Origin: Scenedesmus sp. PABB004 | Taxonomy: Eukaryota | Direction: 5' to 3' | Length of the DNA: 63,020 nt | Assembly (NCBI GenBank): GCA_014905635.1 | Contig: JABVCE010000023.1 | Span: forward strand, 496,001 to 559,020 | Shown: positions 13,189 through 24,480 of the stretch, in pieces | Layout of the letters: each line of letters starts with the position of its first letter | Position numbering within the stretch: position 1 is the stretch's first letter | Program-made: the position numbers and the translations under genes | The notes under the pieces: model-generated | What the model was told of the DNA's origin: nothing | The model's input: the letters and a program-made list of their open reading frames with translations, nothing else | The model's database searches: none

Positions 13189-13669
13189 CGCCGCTGCAGC
13201 GGCGGCGGCAGCCGGCGGTGGGCGGCGGCAGAGGTGCGGGTATGTTGGTGCCGCGTGGGCGCGCGGCCTGACAAGAAAAGGACATGCCCCGACCGCCCGT
13301 TCATTGTTGCGGCGCCTCCCCGGCCGCCCCAGCCCGCGCCCACGCGCCCCAGACCAGCCCGACCACCAGCCTCCCTTCGCTCCCCGCTCGCCGGCGCCTG
13401 CGCCGCGTTTGCCAAGCCAAGAGCAGCGCCGCGGGGCTCTGCGGGGCCTGGCGACGAAAAACCCGGGCCGCCCGTGCCTCCCGCGCCGCCAGGGACGGCC
13501 AAGGCGGGCAGCGCCACCCCACCGCCGCCAGGCGCGCCGGCCGGGCCCCGTGCGCGCCGCGCGGGCGCCACACATCGCATCGCCCCGCCCTCGCGCTGCG
13601 CCCGGATGGTTTAGTGGTCATTCGAAACGCGCGCGCGCCGTTTCAGGCGGCTGCGACGCCGGGGGAGGC

Positions 13670-16600
13670 ATGACAGCCCTCTACGAGGCTGCCCTGGTGG
13701 TGCGGCGGGCGCTCCTGGCAGGCCGGCATGGCGGGCGCTCCGCGCGCCCAGCGCCCGCGCCGCCCGGCCGCAGAACGCCCTGGCCAAGCATGTCATCCCA
13801 CGCCTTCCCGACGTCACCCAGATCCCCGAGGCCGCCTGGCCGGGGTGGGAGCCCGTGCTGGTGGAGCTGGAGGTCGACGGCGCCGACGCGGCGGCCGTCG
13901 CAGAGACCGTGGCGCGGTGCCAGACCATGCTGGCCTCGCTCCTGCAGGCCGCCCTGACCGGCGGGCAGACCGGCGACCTGGTGAGCGGCCCGGTCGGCGG
14001 GTGGCGGCACTGGGCGCGCGCGCGCGCCGGCCCGGCTCACGCTCGCGCCCGCGGCGCGCAGGGCATGCCGGTGGTGATGGACCCCGGCGGCGCGGCGGCG
14101 TTGGCCCTGCCCGGCGCGGCGCCGGACGCGGGCGCGCTGCCCGGCGAGGGCGAGCTGGGGGCGACCCCGATCCCGCTCACGCAGCTCGTCGGCTCCGCGG
14201 GCGAGGCGACGGTGCTGCTGGACCAGCCCAAGGCCTCCATCATCGCGCGCGCGCGCCTCCCGCGCGGCGACAGGCTGGTGCGGCGGCGACGCCCCCGCCG
14301 GCGCAGCGCGGCGCGCGGCAGCGAAGGGCGGCGCCGAGCGCGTGCTGCGGCGGCGCGCGGCGCGCTGCGTCGCAGGAGGTGTGGTACCAGCTGTCGTTTG
14401 AGGGCTACCCGGAGAGCGAGGCCGAGTGGTTCCCCGCCGCGCGCATCCGGGCCGAGTACCCGGCCGGGGACGGGCTCATCGCCGCGTTCGAGGTGCGCGC
14501 GGGGAGAAGCGGGGGGGGGGGGGTGTTGAGCGTCGGTGGGGGGCGGCGGCGCGCGCCGCGCGACGCCTCCCGCCCCCGGCCGACGGTGGCCACGCGCGCC
14601 CCCGCAGCGCGGCCTGGAGCAGACGGGCCAGGCAGACTTGGAGGTGCCGGCCGCGGCTGCAGCAGCAGCCGAGGGCATGGCGAACGGCCAGGTGCGGTGC
14701 GGCGCGCCTCGCGGCCGGCCGGGCGGCGGGCCGCGCGCCCACGCCGCCGCCGCCCGCCGCCGCCGCACCGCGCCGCGCCGCGCAGCTGCCCGCCGTCGTG
14801 GGCGCGGACGGGCGGCCGCACCCGATGATGCTCGGCGGCGACGCGCCGCACTACGGCAGCGGCGAGCAGGCGCCCCACCCCGGCGGCGGCGGCAAGCGGC
14901 CCCGCGACGAGGCCGGCGAGCCCGACGGCGGCGGCGACGCGAGCAAGCGGCAGCGGCCCGACGACGACGCCGCGGGCGGCGCGGAGCACGCGGACGCCGC
15001 GGCGGACGCCGCCGCCGCCGCCGCCGCCGCCGGGGCCGCGGCCGATGCAGCGGCCGCGACGTCTGGCGGCATGGTGGGGCAGCTGGTCGCGATGCCGGAC
15101 GGGCAGGGCATGCTGACGGTGGTGCCGCTGGACGGCGGCGGGCTGGGCGGCCTGGACTACGGCGCCCTCGACGGCGCCGGCTTGAGCGCGCTGCAGCTGC
15201 AGGCGCTGCAGATGGGCGGCATGCAGCAGCTGCTGCTGCACATGCCGCCCGGCGGTGACGGCCAGGCGCTGCTGCTGGGCCAGGGCGGCCTCGTCGTCGC
15301 GCCGCATGGCGGCCTGGGCGCGCCGGCGGCGCCGCTGCCCGTCGCCGCGGCGGCGGCGCGGGCGCACATCGTGGGGCTGCTGCGCGAGGGCGTGGCGGCG
15401 CTCATGCACGCGAGCGAGGAGCTCAGCCGCAAGAAGCGCCAGCAGAGCCGCCGCAGCGAGCTCAACCAGCGCCGCGCGCTGCTGCTGCCGGACGGCAGCG
15501 CCGCGCCCGGCGCGCTGCCCACGACGGCGGCGGGCGCGCCCGCGCCGCCGCCGGTGCGGCCGGGCAACATGCTGCACGCCATCCAGGCGCTGCCGCCGGC
15601 GGAGAAGCGCGCGATGCTGATGAGCGCGCTGCGGCGCGCGCTGCCGGGCATGATGGCCGCCGCGCAGGTCCGCGCCGCGCCGCGCCGGGGCCTTGCCTGG
15701 GGCGGCAGCGCGCGCAGGGCAGGGCGCCGCGGCGCCTGCGCTGGCTCACGGCCCCGCGCCGCCGCGCCGCCGCGCCGCCGCGCCGCCGCCGCCGCCGGCC
15801 CGCCGGGTGCAGGGCGGGGGCGCGCTACCGAGCCGCGCGTCGTCGGAGCCCGCGCCGCTGGGCGGCGAGGGCGACGGCGGGCTGCTCGCGTACCAGGCGC
15901 TGCTGGGGGGCGGCGGCATGCAGCTCATCGCGGTGCCCCTGGGCGGCGGCCTGGGCGGCGTGGTGCCGCTCACGCCCGAGGCGCTCGCCAGCATGGGCTA
16001 CGGCCCCGACGGCACGCCGCTCGGCCTCGACGGCGCGGGGGCGCTGTCGGTGCTGGGCGCGGGGGGCAGCTCTCGGTCGTGGGCGGCGGCCTGGCCCTGG
16101 GCGGCGCCGGCGCGGGGCTGGGCGGCGCCCTGGCGCCGCTGCCGCCCGAGGTGCTCGCCAGCATGGGCCTCGCCGGCGGCCACGCCGCCATGGACCCCGC
16201 CGCGCTCGCCGCGGCGGCGGCCGCGGCGGGGCTGGCCATGCCGGGCGGCGAGCTGGGCGGCATCGCGCTGCCGCACGACGGCGCCGGCCTGGCGCCCATG
16301 CCGCACGACGCGCCGCTGCCGGGCGAGCACGCGGGACACGGCCTGCCGAGCGAGCTGCCGGCCGGCGGCGCCGCGGATGCCGCTGGCGCGGCGCCCGCGG
16401 GCGGCGACGGGCCCCGGCCGCGCGAGGAGGAGTGCGCGACTGAGGGGGCGAGGGGAGAAGCCATGCTCGCAGCTTCGGTGCTCACCGCGCTCAGCCGCGT
16501 GCCGGGCAGCGACGAGCCCGGCGGCGAGCCCGGCGGGGGCGAGGGCGCGGCGCCCGCGGCGGCGGCGCCCGCGGCGGCGGCGCCCGCGGCCGGGCCCGGC

Positions 16601-16822
16601 AGCCCGCTGGCGGCGCATCTCGAGGGCGTGGCGGGCGGCGTGGGGGGCCTCCCCGGCGCGGGGCAGGAGGGCGGGGAGGGCGGGTTCATGGCCTTGCCGG
16701 AGCACCTGGTGGGCATGGGCGGCGCGCTGGAGGGCCACGACGACCTGCTGGGCGGCCACCACCACCAGCTCGCGGCGCAGGACCACTTTGCCTCGGCCGA
16801 CGGCGGGCTGGGGCAGCTGTGA
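13670..16822 (+). CDS. Multi-exon Gly/Ala-rich protein with a chromodomain-like segment
   Basis: ATG at 13670 and GT-AG introns; spliced IIARARLPRGDRL-EVWYQLSFEGYPESEAEWFPAARI resembles the chromo consensus YLVKWxGYxxxxxTWEP; stop TGA at 16822. Confidence 0.65.
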
Positions 16823-17361
16823 GCGCCGCCGGCCGCGCGGCACGAGGCGGGCGGGACGGGGCGCGAGAGGGGGAGGCTTGCATGCGTGGCGCGTGTGCCC
16901 ACGTCGGCGGGTGCACGCGCTGACAGCGCGGGCTCGCCCGAGCTCGTCAGATGGTTGACTGCGGCGGTGGCGTGTGAAAACGAGCACAGGCATTCACACA
17001 AGGCGCTGCGCTGAGGCGTCACCACGCACGCCCGCGTGCGGCGCTGGGCGATGCGAGTGGGGCCCGATCACCGCCCGCGCGAGCGCCGCCACCGCTCAGC
17101 CGCAACTCAGGCCCCCTGACTGAACGATCGTGCGCTGCGCTCACACGCCACACCCCGCACGCCACCCCGGCGCCGGCGTTTTTGAACACGCGCAGGCGCC
17201 GGCGGCGCCGCGGCGCCGCGCCGCGGCGCCACAGCGGGCGCAGGCGCGCCAGCCCAGGGATCAGCCGTCAACACGCACCCGCCGCGCCTCCGGACGCGCA
17301 CACACGCACGCGCCACAACAGGCACGCCCGCGGGGCCTCGCCCCCTTCGCCTGTTGCCGCA

Positions 17362-18338
17362 GCTGCAGGGGCCCGCGATCGGCCGATCGGGAAGGCGAGC
17401 GCACGCCTGGGCCCCGGCTCACGCGAGGCGCGCGGGCGGACCACGGGCTGCCTGTGGCGGCCGCGGAGCAGCGCAGCAGCGCGGCAGCGGCGCCGATCGC
17501 CGCCGCAGCTCCGGGGCCGGCTGCGCGCGCCGGGCAGGCGAACAAGGTGCTGCAGGCGGACCGCGACGCCGCGCTCACGGACGAGCTGGCGGGGCGGGGG
17601 CTGCAGCCGGGCGGCGGCGCGTGGGGGCCCATCGCCGTCCGCGCGGAGGCGCCGGAGCCGGAGGCCGGCGGCGGCGAGCCCTCCTCGCGGCGGCCGGCGG
17701 CGCAGCAGGCGCAGTCGCCGGCGCCGCAGCCGGCGCGGCCGCCCGCCAGGGCCAGCAGCCCCGCGCCGGCGAGCGCGGCCGCGGCCGCCGCGCCGAGCGC
17801 GCTGCGGCCCGCCAGCCCATGCGCGGCCGGGAGCGCGACGCCGTCGCCGCGCAGCGCGGCGCCGTCGCCGACGGCGGCCGCGGCGGCGGCCGCCGCGCAG
17901 CTCGCCGCGCGCCTGGCGGCGGGCCTCAAGCCGCCCGCGACCAGCAACGAGTTTGAGGCCGCGTGGCGCAGCTTGCGGGGCGACGCGGCGCTGCAGGCCC
18001 GCTACCTGGGCCTGCTGCAGCCGGCGGCGCTGCCGGCGCTGTTCAAGTCGACCCTCACGGCGCCCGTGCTGGTCGGCATCCTCACCGCGGCGCTCGGCGC
18101 GGTCGCGGCCGCCGCGGGCGCGCCGCAGCCGCAGCCGCAGCCGGGCGCGCTCGCGCCCGAGGCCGCCGTGGCGCTGGTGGCGGCGCTGCCGGGCGTGCCG
18201 CGCTTCGGCATGGCCGCGATGTGCATCGGCCGCGCCGACAAGGACGCGCTGCGCGCGCTGTGGGACGGCGCGGCCGCGGCGGCGGGGCCGGGGCTGCAGG
18301 CGCAGCTCGCGGCCGCGCGGCCCAAGTTCCGCCTCTGA
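17362..18338 (+). CDS. RPAP3/CCDC103 C-terminal domain protein (start uncertain)
   Basis: PPATSNEFEAAWRSL..ARYLGLLQPAALPALFKSTLTAPVL..LPGVPRFGMAAMCI matches the RPAP3_C pattern. Confidence 0.75.
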
Positions 18339-18479
18339 CCTCGTCGGCTCAGCCGCGAGCGCCGCGCGCGCGCGCGCGCTGCTGCAGAAGCAGCCGCGCG
18401 CAGGGGGCGAGGGCAGGGGCGGTGGGCAACTGTCTGCGTTACGCGCCTCGTGCAGCCCACCCGCGCACACGCACGCTGC

Positions 18480-19172
18480 ATGCACGATTGAACAAACCAG
18501 ACTCTTCGTGCGAGCGGGCGCCCCGTGCGAGGCGGATGCAGTGCTGGGCCACGGCGCGCCCGCCGCCGCGGCCGCGGCCGCGGCCGCGCCCTCGCGCCGC
18601 GCCGCGGCGGCCTCCGCGTGCTCGCTCGCCACGAGCGCCGCCATGGTCTCAAACATCGCCAGCAGCTCGCCCGCCGCCTGCGCGCTCGGCGCGACCATGA
18701 GCGGCGCGGGCGACACGCAGACACCGCGCGCGCCCGCGGCGCACGCGGCGGCGGCGGCGGCGGCGGCGGCGTCTGCGCCGCCCTCCGCCGCCGCCGCCGC
18801 CGCCGGCAGCAGCGTGAGGCTGATCACGCCCGCGCGCGTCGCGGTGACGGGCTCCCTGCGAGGGGCGGGAGGCGCGCGCGCGCGCGTGGCCGCGCGAAGC
18901 GCGGCGCGGCGGCGGCGGCGCCGGCGCGGCGCCCACCTGAACGTGACGAGCAGGGCGCCCGGCTGCCCCGGGCAGGCGTGCACGCACGCGGGCTTGGCCG
19001 GGCGCGCCGGGGCGTCGCCGGCGCGGAGCACCCACGCGCGCGGCGCGTCGGCGGCGCCGCTCACGAGCCACGTCGACGCCACGCGCGTCGGCCAGGGGCC
19101 CGCCGCGACGACGGGCGGGTCCACAGCCAGCGGCTCCACCGTGGCTGGCATCGCGGGCGCGCCGGGGCTCAT
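18480..19172 (-). CDS. Hypothetical protein (intron ~18857-18936; 3' end uncertain)
   Basis: ATG at 19172, coding-like codon use, GT..CAG intron, peptide VCVSPAPLMVAPSAQAAGELLAMFETM. Confidence 0.4.
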
Positions 19173-19290
19173 CGTCCTACGAGGCGTGCGCAGCCCGGCC
19201 GCAGATCGCAAGGCCGGCCGCCAGCGCCGGCGAGGTGGATTGAGCCCCGCCGCACTCCTCCCAGCCCAACGAGGCCTCACCGTCGGTGCG

Positions 19291-21854
19291 ATGTACCTCT
19301 CCGAGCCAATCCGCGTCGTGCTGCACGACGGGGGCGTCCTCGAGGACTGCCAGTGGCGCGCTGGCGACGAGCCGGGCGCCCGCAGCGAGTTCGTTCACCC
19401 CCTGAACAAGGGCTGGGTCGCGGAGTACGAGCGCAAGGCGAAGACCGGGCGATTCGAGCCCTACACGACCATGCGCGAGCTGATGCCGCGGCACCCGCGC
19501 GCGATCGAGCCAGAGGTCCAGAGCGCGCTGCTGCACGGCGTGGGGGGCGCGCAGGGCCACGGCCTGACGGCAGACCAGGTGTGCGCAGCAGCTTGCGGCG
19601 CCTGGCGGCTGCTGCGCGCCGCACGCGCCGGTGCTGCTGCGCGGCGGCCCCCGCTCCAGGCGCCACCCCCGCCGGCCTCGCAGGTGAAGAAGCGCCTGAA
19701 GGAGACCGTGCGCTACGCGCCGCTCGACTTCCAGGGCGACAAGAACGACGCGGTCGCGGCGGCGACGGACCCCGAGCGTCTAAGCGGTCACTACCCGGCG
19801 TCGGGGTCGATCGTGAACGCGCTGCTCAACAGCCAGTGAGCCGGGGCGGCGCCGGCTCGCGCGGGCGCGCGCACAGCGCGCACGCGCCTGCGCGTGCCCG
19901 CGTGCGCGCAGCGCGGCCGGGCGGCTAAACACGGGCGCCCGCGCGCCGCGGCGCCGCGCAGCACATTCTGGCTCTCGCAGGACGCGTGGGACCGGCTGGG
20001 GCCGCTGCTGCGCGGCTGGTGCCGCGAGATCAGCCGCCAGCTGCTGCTCACGGGCCCGGCGACGTGCGTGCGCGCGCGCTCTGGGGGCGCGCCGCGCCCG
20101 CGCAGCGCGCGGCTGCTGCCGCCGCGGCGGGCTGCGGCTGCGCGCGCGCCGACCCCGCCGCCGGCCCGCCGCCGCCGCCGCCGCAGGCTGCTGCACAAGA
20201 AGTTCACGGAGCTGCACAGCTGGGAGAAGGCCGTGTCGGAGGCGGCGGCGGTCTACCCCTTCCTGCAGTACGCGCTGCCGCTGCTCAACGCGCCGGCCGC
20301 CGGCTGGGACGGCCGGCGGCCGTCGCCCGCCGCCGTGGCGGCGTGGGGCGCGCTCAAGCCGGGCGGCGGCGTCATGCTCGGCCGCAAGTGGGCGGTGGTG
20401 AGCCTCCCCACGCTCAACCAGGCCGACGAGCTGCTGTCGGTGGGGTTCTGTGTGCCCCTCATCCTCGATGCGCTGCTCAACCTCTGGTCGTACGCGCACC
20501 CGCTGTCGGCGGGGGTGACGGGCCGCGACAAGGTCGCGCCGCTGGGGTTGAGCCTCAGGTCCGACGTGCGCGCCGGCAAGCTGGGCCGCGCGGGGCTCAT
20601 GCCGCGCGAGGCGTCGCCGGCCCTGGTGGTGTGCGGTGAGGCGCGGGCGCGGCGCGGCGCGGCGGCGCGCGCGCGCTGGCGGCGCGTGCGCGCGGGCGGC
20701 GGGCTGCGCGCTGCCGTGGGCGAGGCGACGACCGGCCGGCCCCTGCCCTCAGCCGTGCCACCGCTACCCCCCGTGCCGCCGCCGCTCGCAGGGGCGGAGC
20801 GCCTCGAGGAGCTGCGCAAGGACTATGTCATCCTCACCGAGGCGCCGCGCGGCGTGGCGGGTGCGGCGGGCGCGCGCGCGCGCGCGCGCGCGCGCCCGGG
20901 GCCCGCCGCGCCGCGCGCGCCGTGCCGCCGCTGCCGCGCCCGCGCGCCGCCCAGCGCCGCGATGCCGCGCGCAGACGCGGACGTCCCCGAGAGCCTAGCG
21001 CCCGGCGAGCAGTACGCGTGGCTCGCCCGCCGCGAGGACCAGAACGCGGGCAGCGGCGACTACTGGGCGGACGTCGACGTGTGCAACTTTGTCGCGCTGG
21101 CGGTGGAGGAGCGCGGCCTAGACTTCATCAACCCCGCCGCGCGGCTGGGCGGGGTCGCGGCGGCGGGCCAGCCGCTCTTCGTGTGTGTGTCGCTGGACGG
21201 CCTGGACGACCGCTTCTCGTGGCGCCGGATGGGCGCTGGCCGCGTGCTGCAGTCGGGGGTGTGGCGGCTCAACCTCATCTGCGCCGACTGCGCCTGCCGC
21301 GCGTGCAAGTCTGTGACGGCGGTGCTGCTGGCGAGCGGCGAGCTCGCGGGGATCGCGCTATACGGGGGCGAGCCGCACGACCACGGCAGGGAGCCGTCGG
21401 GTGCGCGCCCGCCCGCCCGCCCGCGCGCCCACCCGCCCGTGCGCGCCCGCCCGCGCCGGGAGTGCTGTGCGCGGACAGCTGACGTGCGCCGCGCCGCCCG
21501 CCTGCGCGCTCGCCAGCGGTGGGGCCGCTGCAGTCGGCGCTCGAGATCGTCGACGCCATGCGCGCCGCGCCGCGTGGGGCGTTGTTCTCCGCCGCGCGGG
21601 CCGCCGCGGAGTGGACGCGCCTCGGCGACGGCGACGGCGTCGACGACGGCGGCAGCGAGGGCGACGACGACGGGCTGCTGCACAGCATGAGCCGCCAGCT
21701 GGACGACGCGCACGCCACCACCGCGCTGGCGTGCACGTTCGCGGAGGCGATGGAGCCCGGCGACCCCGCCGTGGCGGCGGACATCGAGCTGTATATCTCC
21801 GCGGCGCTGGAGCTGCAGCTGGGCGCCGCGGTCGAGGCGGCGGCGGCGCAGTAA
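19291..21854 (+). CDS. Hypothetical multi-exon protein with a C-terminal Cys cluster
   Basis: Complex, GC3-biased exons separated by GT-AG introns from ATG 19291 to TAA 21854; contains VSLDGLDD...LNLICADCACRACK. Confidence 0.7.
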
Positions 21855-22149
21855 CCTTGCCCGCCCCCTCTGCCCCCGGCGCGCGCGCTGCCGTCCCGCG
21901 CCGCGCCGCCGCCGCCGCCGCCGCCGCGCTCGCGGCGAGGCCCCACGCTCGTGGCGGACGAGCGGCCGCGCGCGCTGGCGGCGCGCTAAGCTTGCGCCGG
22001 CGGTTTAGCGCTCGCCGTTCGAGCGCCCGCGCCGCGTGACCGCCCCTCCCTCCCGGCACCAGCGCTCCAGGCACGCCCCGGCGCGTCCCTGCTCCGCCCG
22101 GCGGGCGCTGCGCCCAGCGACGCGCACCGCGTGCCGCAGCAGCGCCTGC

Positions 22150-22195
<46 letters not shown>

Positions 22196-22298
22196 GCCCG
22201 TGCACGGACCGGCACGCCTCCAATCAGCGGCCCTCTACTCCCCGGACGCTCGAGCCGCGCGCGTGGGCGGTCCGAGCGGCGGCGGCAGAGGCGCGGAG

Positions 22299-24408
22299 AT
22301 GGCGACAGCAGCCCACCGCGCGCACGGCGCGCACGCGGCGCAGCCACCCACGGCGCCGCCCGCGAGCGCCTCGCCCAGCCGGGTGCGCGGCCAGGTGCGC
22401 GCAACTGGCGCCCCGAGCTCGCAGCACAGCAGCACCGGCACGGCGCGCCGCCGTCGCCGCCGGCGCGCGGGGCGCGACGCTGCCCCCTGCGCGCGCGCGC
22501 CGGTGCAGGACGAGCGCCTCAGCGCGCCCGGCGCGCCGCGACCGCCGCAGGCCGCCGGTGAGCCCACGCAGCCCGGCGCGGCGCCGCCCGCGACCTTCGC
22601 GCAGAGCGCCGGAGTCGGCGCCCAGGTGCGCGACAGCGCGCCGCGAGCTGCCCGTGCCCGCTCCCCTTTGGCGCGCGGGGCGTGCGCGGGCGCAGCCTGC
22701 TGCCCCGCGCGCGCGCGCGCGCCGGCGCTTGCAGGACGACCGCCTGAGCGCGCCCGGCGCGCCGCCGCAGGACGCCGGCGAGCCCGCGCAGGCCCGGCGG
22801 CCGAGGCGCGGGGCCGCGGCGCCTCAGCCTGCGCCGCGCGCGGGCGCTGCGGCGGACCTGGGTCTCGAGGCGGAGGCGGCGCGGCAGCAGGCCGACGCGC
22901 TTGAAGCGCTCGAGCGCGCGCACCAGCTCGACGCGTCCCTCGCGGAGCTGCCGCGCGGAGCGCTGCGCGTGCAGGTGCTGAACGCGCTCCTCAGGCGCCC
23001 CGGGCTCGAGCCGTGCCTGCGCGCGACCGTGGTCGCGGCCATGGCGCGCGCGGTGGCGGAGATGCACGAGGCGGGCGAGGCCCTCGTGTGGGGGGTCGGC
23101 ACGATACAGCTGGAGGTGCCAGCTGGCACCGCCGCTGCAGCGGCGGAGGTTGAGAGTGCGTGTGCGGGGAGGGAGGGGGAGGGGCAGCCGTGGGCGCCGA
23201 GGCTGCAGCGCTGCGCGCCCTGCTCCAGCGCTGCCGCGCGGCGTGGGCTGATGCGCATGCTGCCGGACCGCTCCGCGCAGAGATGCTGCAGGAGTACGCG
23301 GACGCGACCGTTGCAGGGACGGCCCGCTGTGCCAAGAACGTCAAGCCGTGCACCGCCTGCCGCTCCCGCAAGGGCGCGTGGTGCCTCAGAGCCAAGACCG
23401 CGCGCGGCCGCGAGCGCGCGGCGCAGCTGCATGCGCAGCTCATCGGCATGGCCACGGGTGCGCGGCAGACGCGCGCGCTGCAGCGGCCGCGGCCGGCGGG
23501 GCCCACGCCCACCCTTCCCTGCCACGCGTGCTCGCAGTCGCGCCGCAGGTCGCGGCGGCGGTGGCGCAGCTCGAGGCGGCGCACCCGGGGCTGGCCGGCG
23601 CGCAGGTGCGCTGCGCTATCCCCGCGGCCCCTCCGCCCGCGCCGCGGGCGGCGTGCTGCACGCCGCCGCCGCGCCGCCGGCTTGATGCATGACGCGCGGC
23701 CACGCCCGCGCGTGCGATGGCCCCGCGGCCCCTGCCCTACGCCCGCGCCGCGGCCGGCGTGCTCCGCATCGCCCGACGCGCAGCGCATCGCCCGACGCGC
23801 CGCGCCGCGTCGCAGGCCGGCGTCAAGGCGCTGCAGGCGCAGCTCGAGGCGGCGCGCGCGGCGCTCGCCGAGCAGCTGACGGCGGCGCGGCAGCAGGCGG
23901 CCGACGCGGCGGCGGCGGCCGACGCGGAGCGCGCGGCGCTCGCCGAGCAGCTGACGGCGGCGCGGCAGGCGGCGGCCGACGCGGCGGCGGCGGCCGACGC
24001 GGAGCGCGCGGCGCTCGCCGAGCAGCTGACGGCGGCGCGGCAGGCGGCGGCCGACGCGGCGGCGGCGGCCGACGCGGAGCGCGCGGCGCTCGCCGAGCAG
24101 CTGACGGCGGCGCGGCAGGCGGCGGCCGACGCGGCGGCGGCGGCCGACGCGGAGCGCGCGGCGCTCGCCGAGCAGCTGACGGCGGCGCGGCAGGCGGCGC
24201 CGCCGCCGCGCAGGCGTGGCCCGGGACAGGCGATGCTGGCGCCGGCGCCAGCGGGCGGCGGGCCGCCACCGCCGCCCGCCAGCGAGCGCGACGATGCTCG
24301 TCGGCAGGGCGGCGGCGGCGCGCCCGGGACGCCCGGGGGCGTTGGGGACTGGGCCGGGTCGAGGTTGCTCGGCCCGGACCAGCTCCTCGCCGACCCAATC
24401 GAGGACCC

Positions 24409-24480
<72 letters not shown>

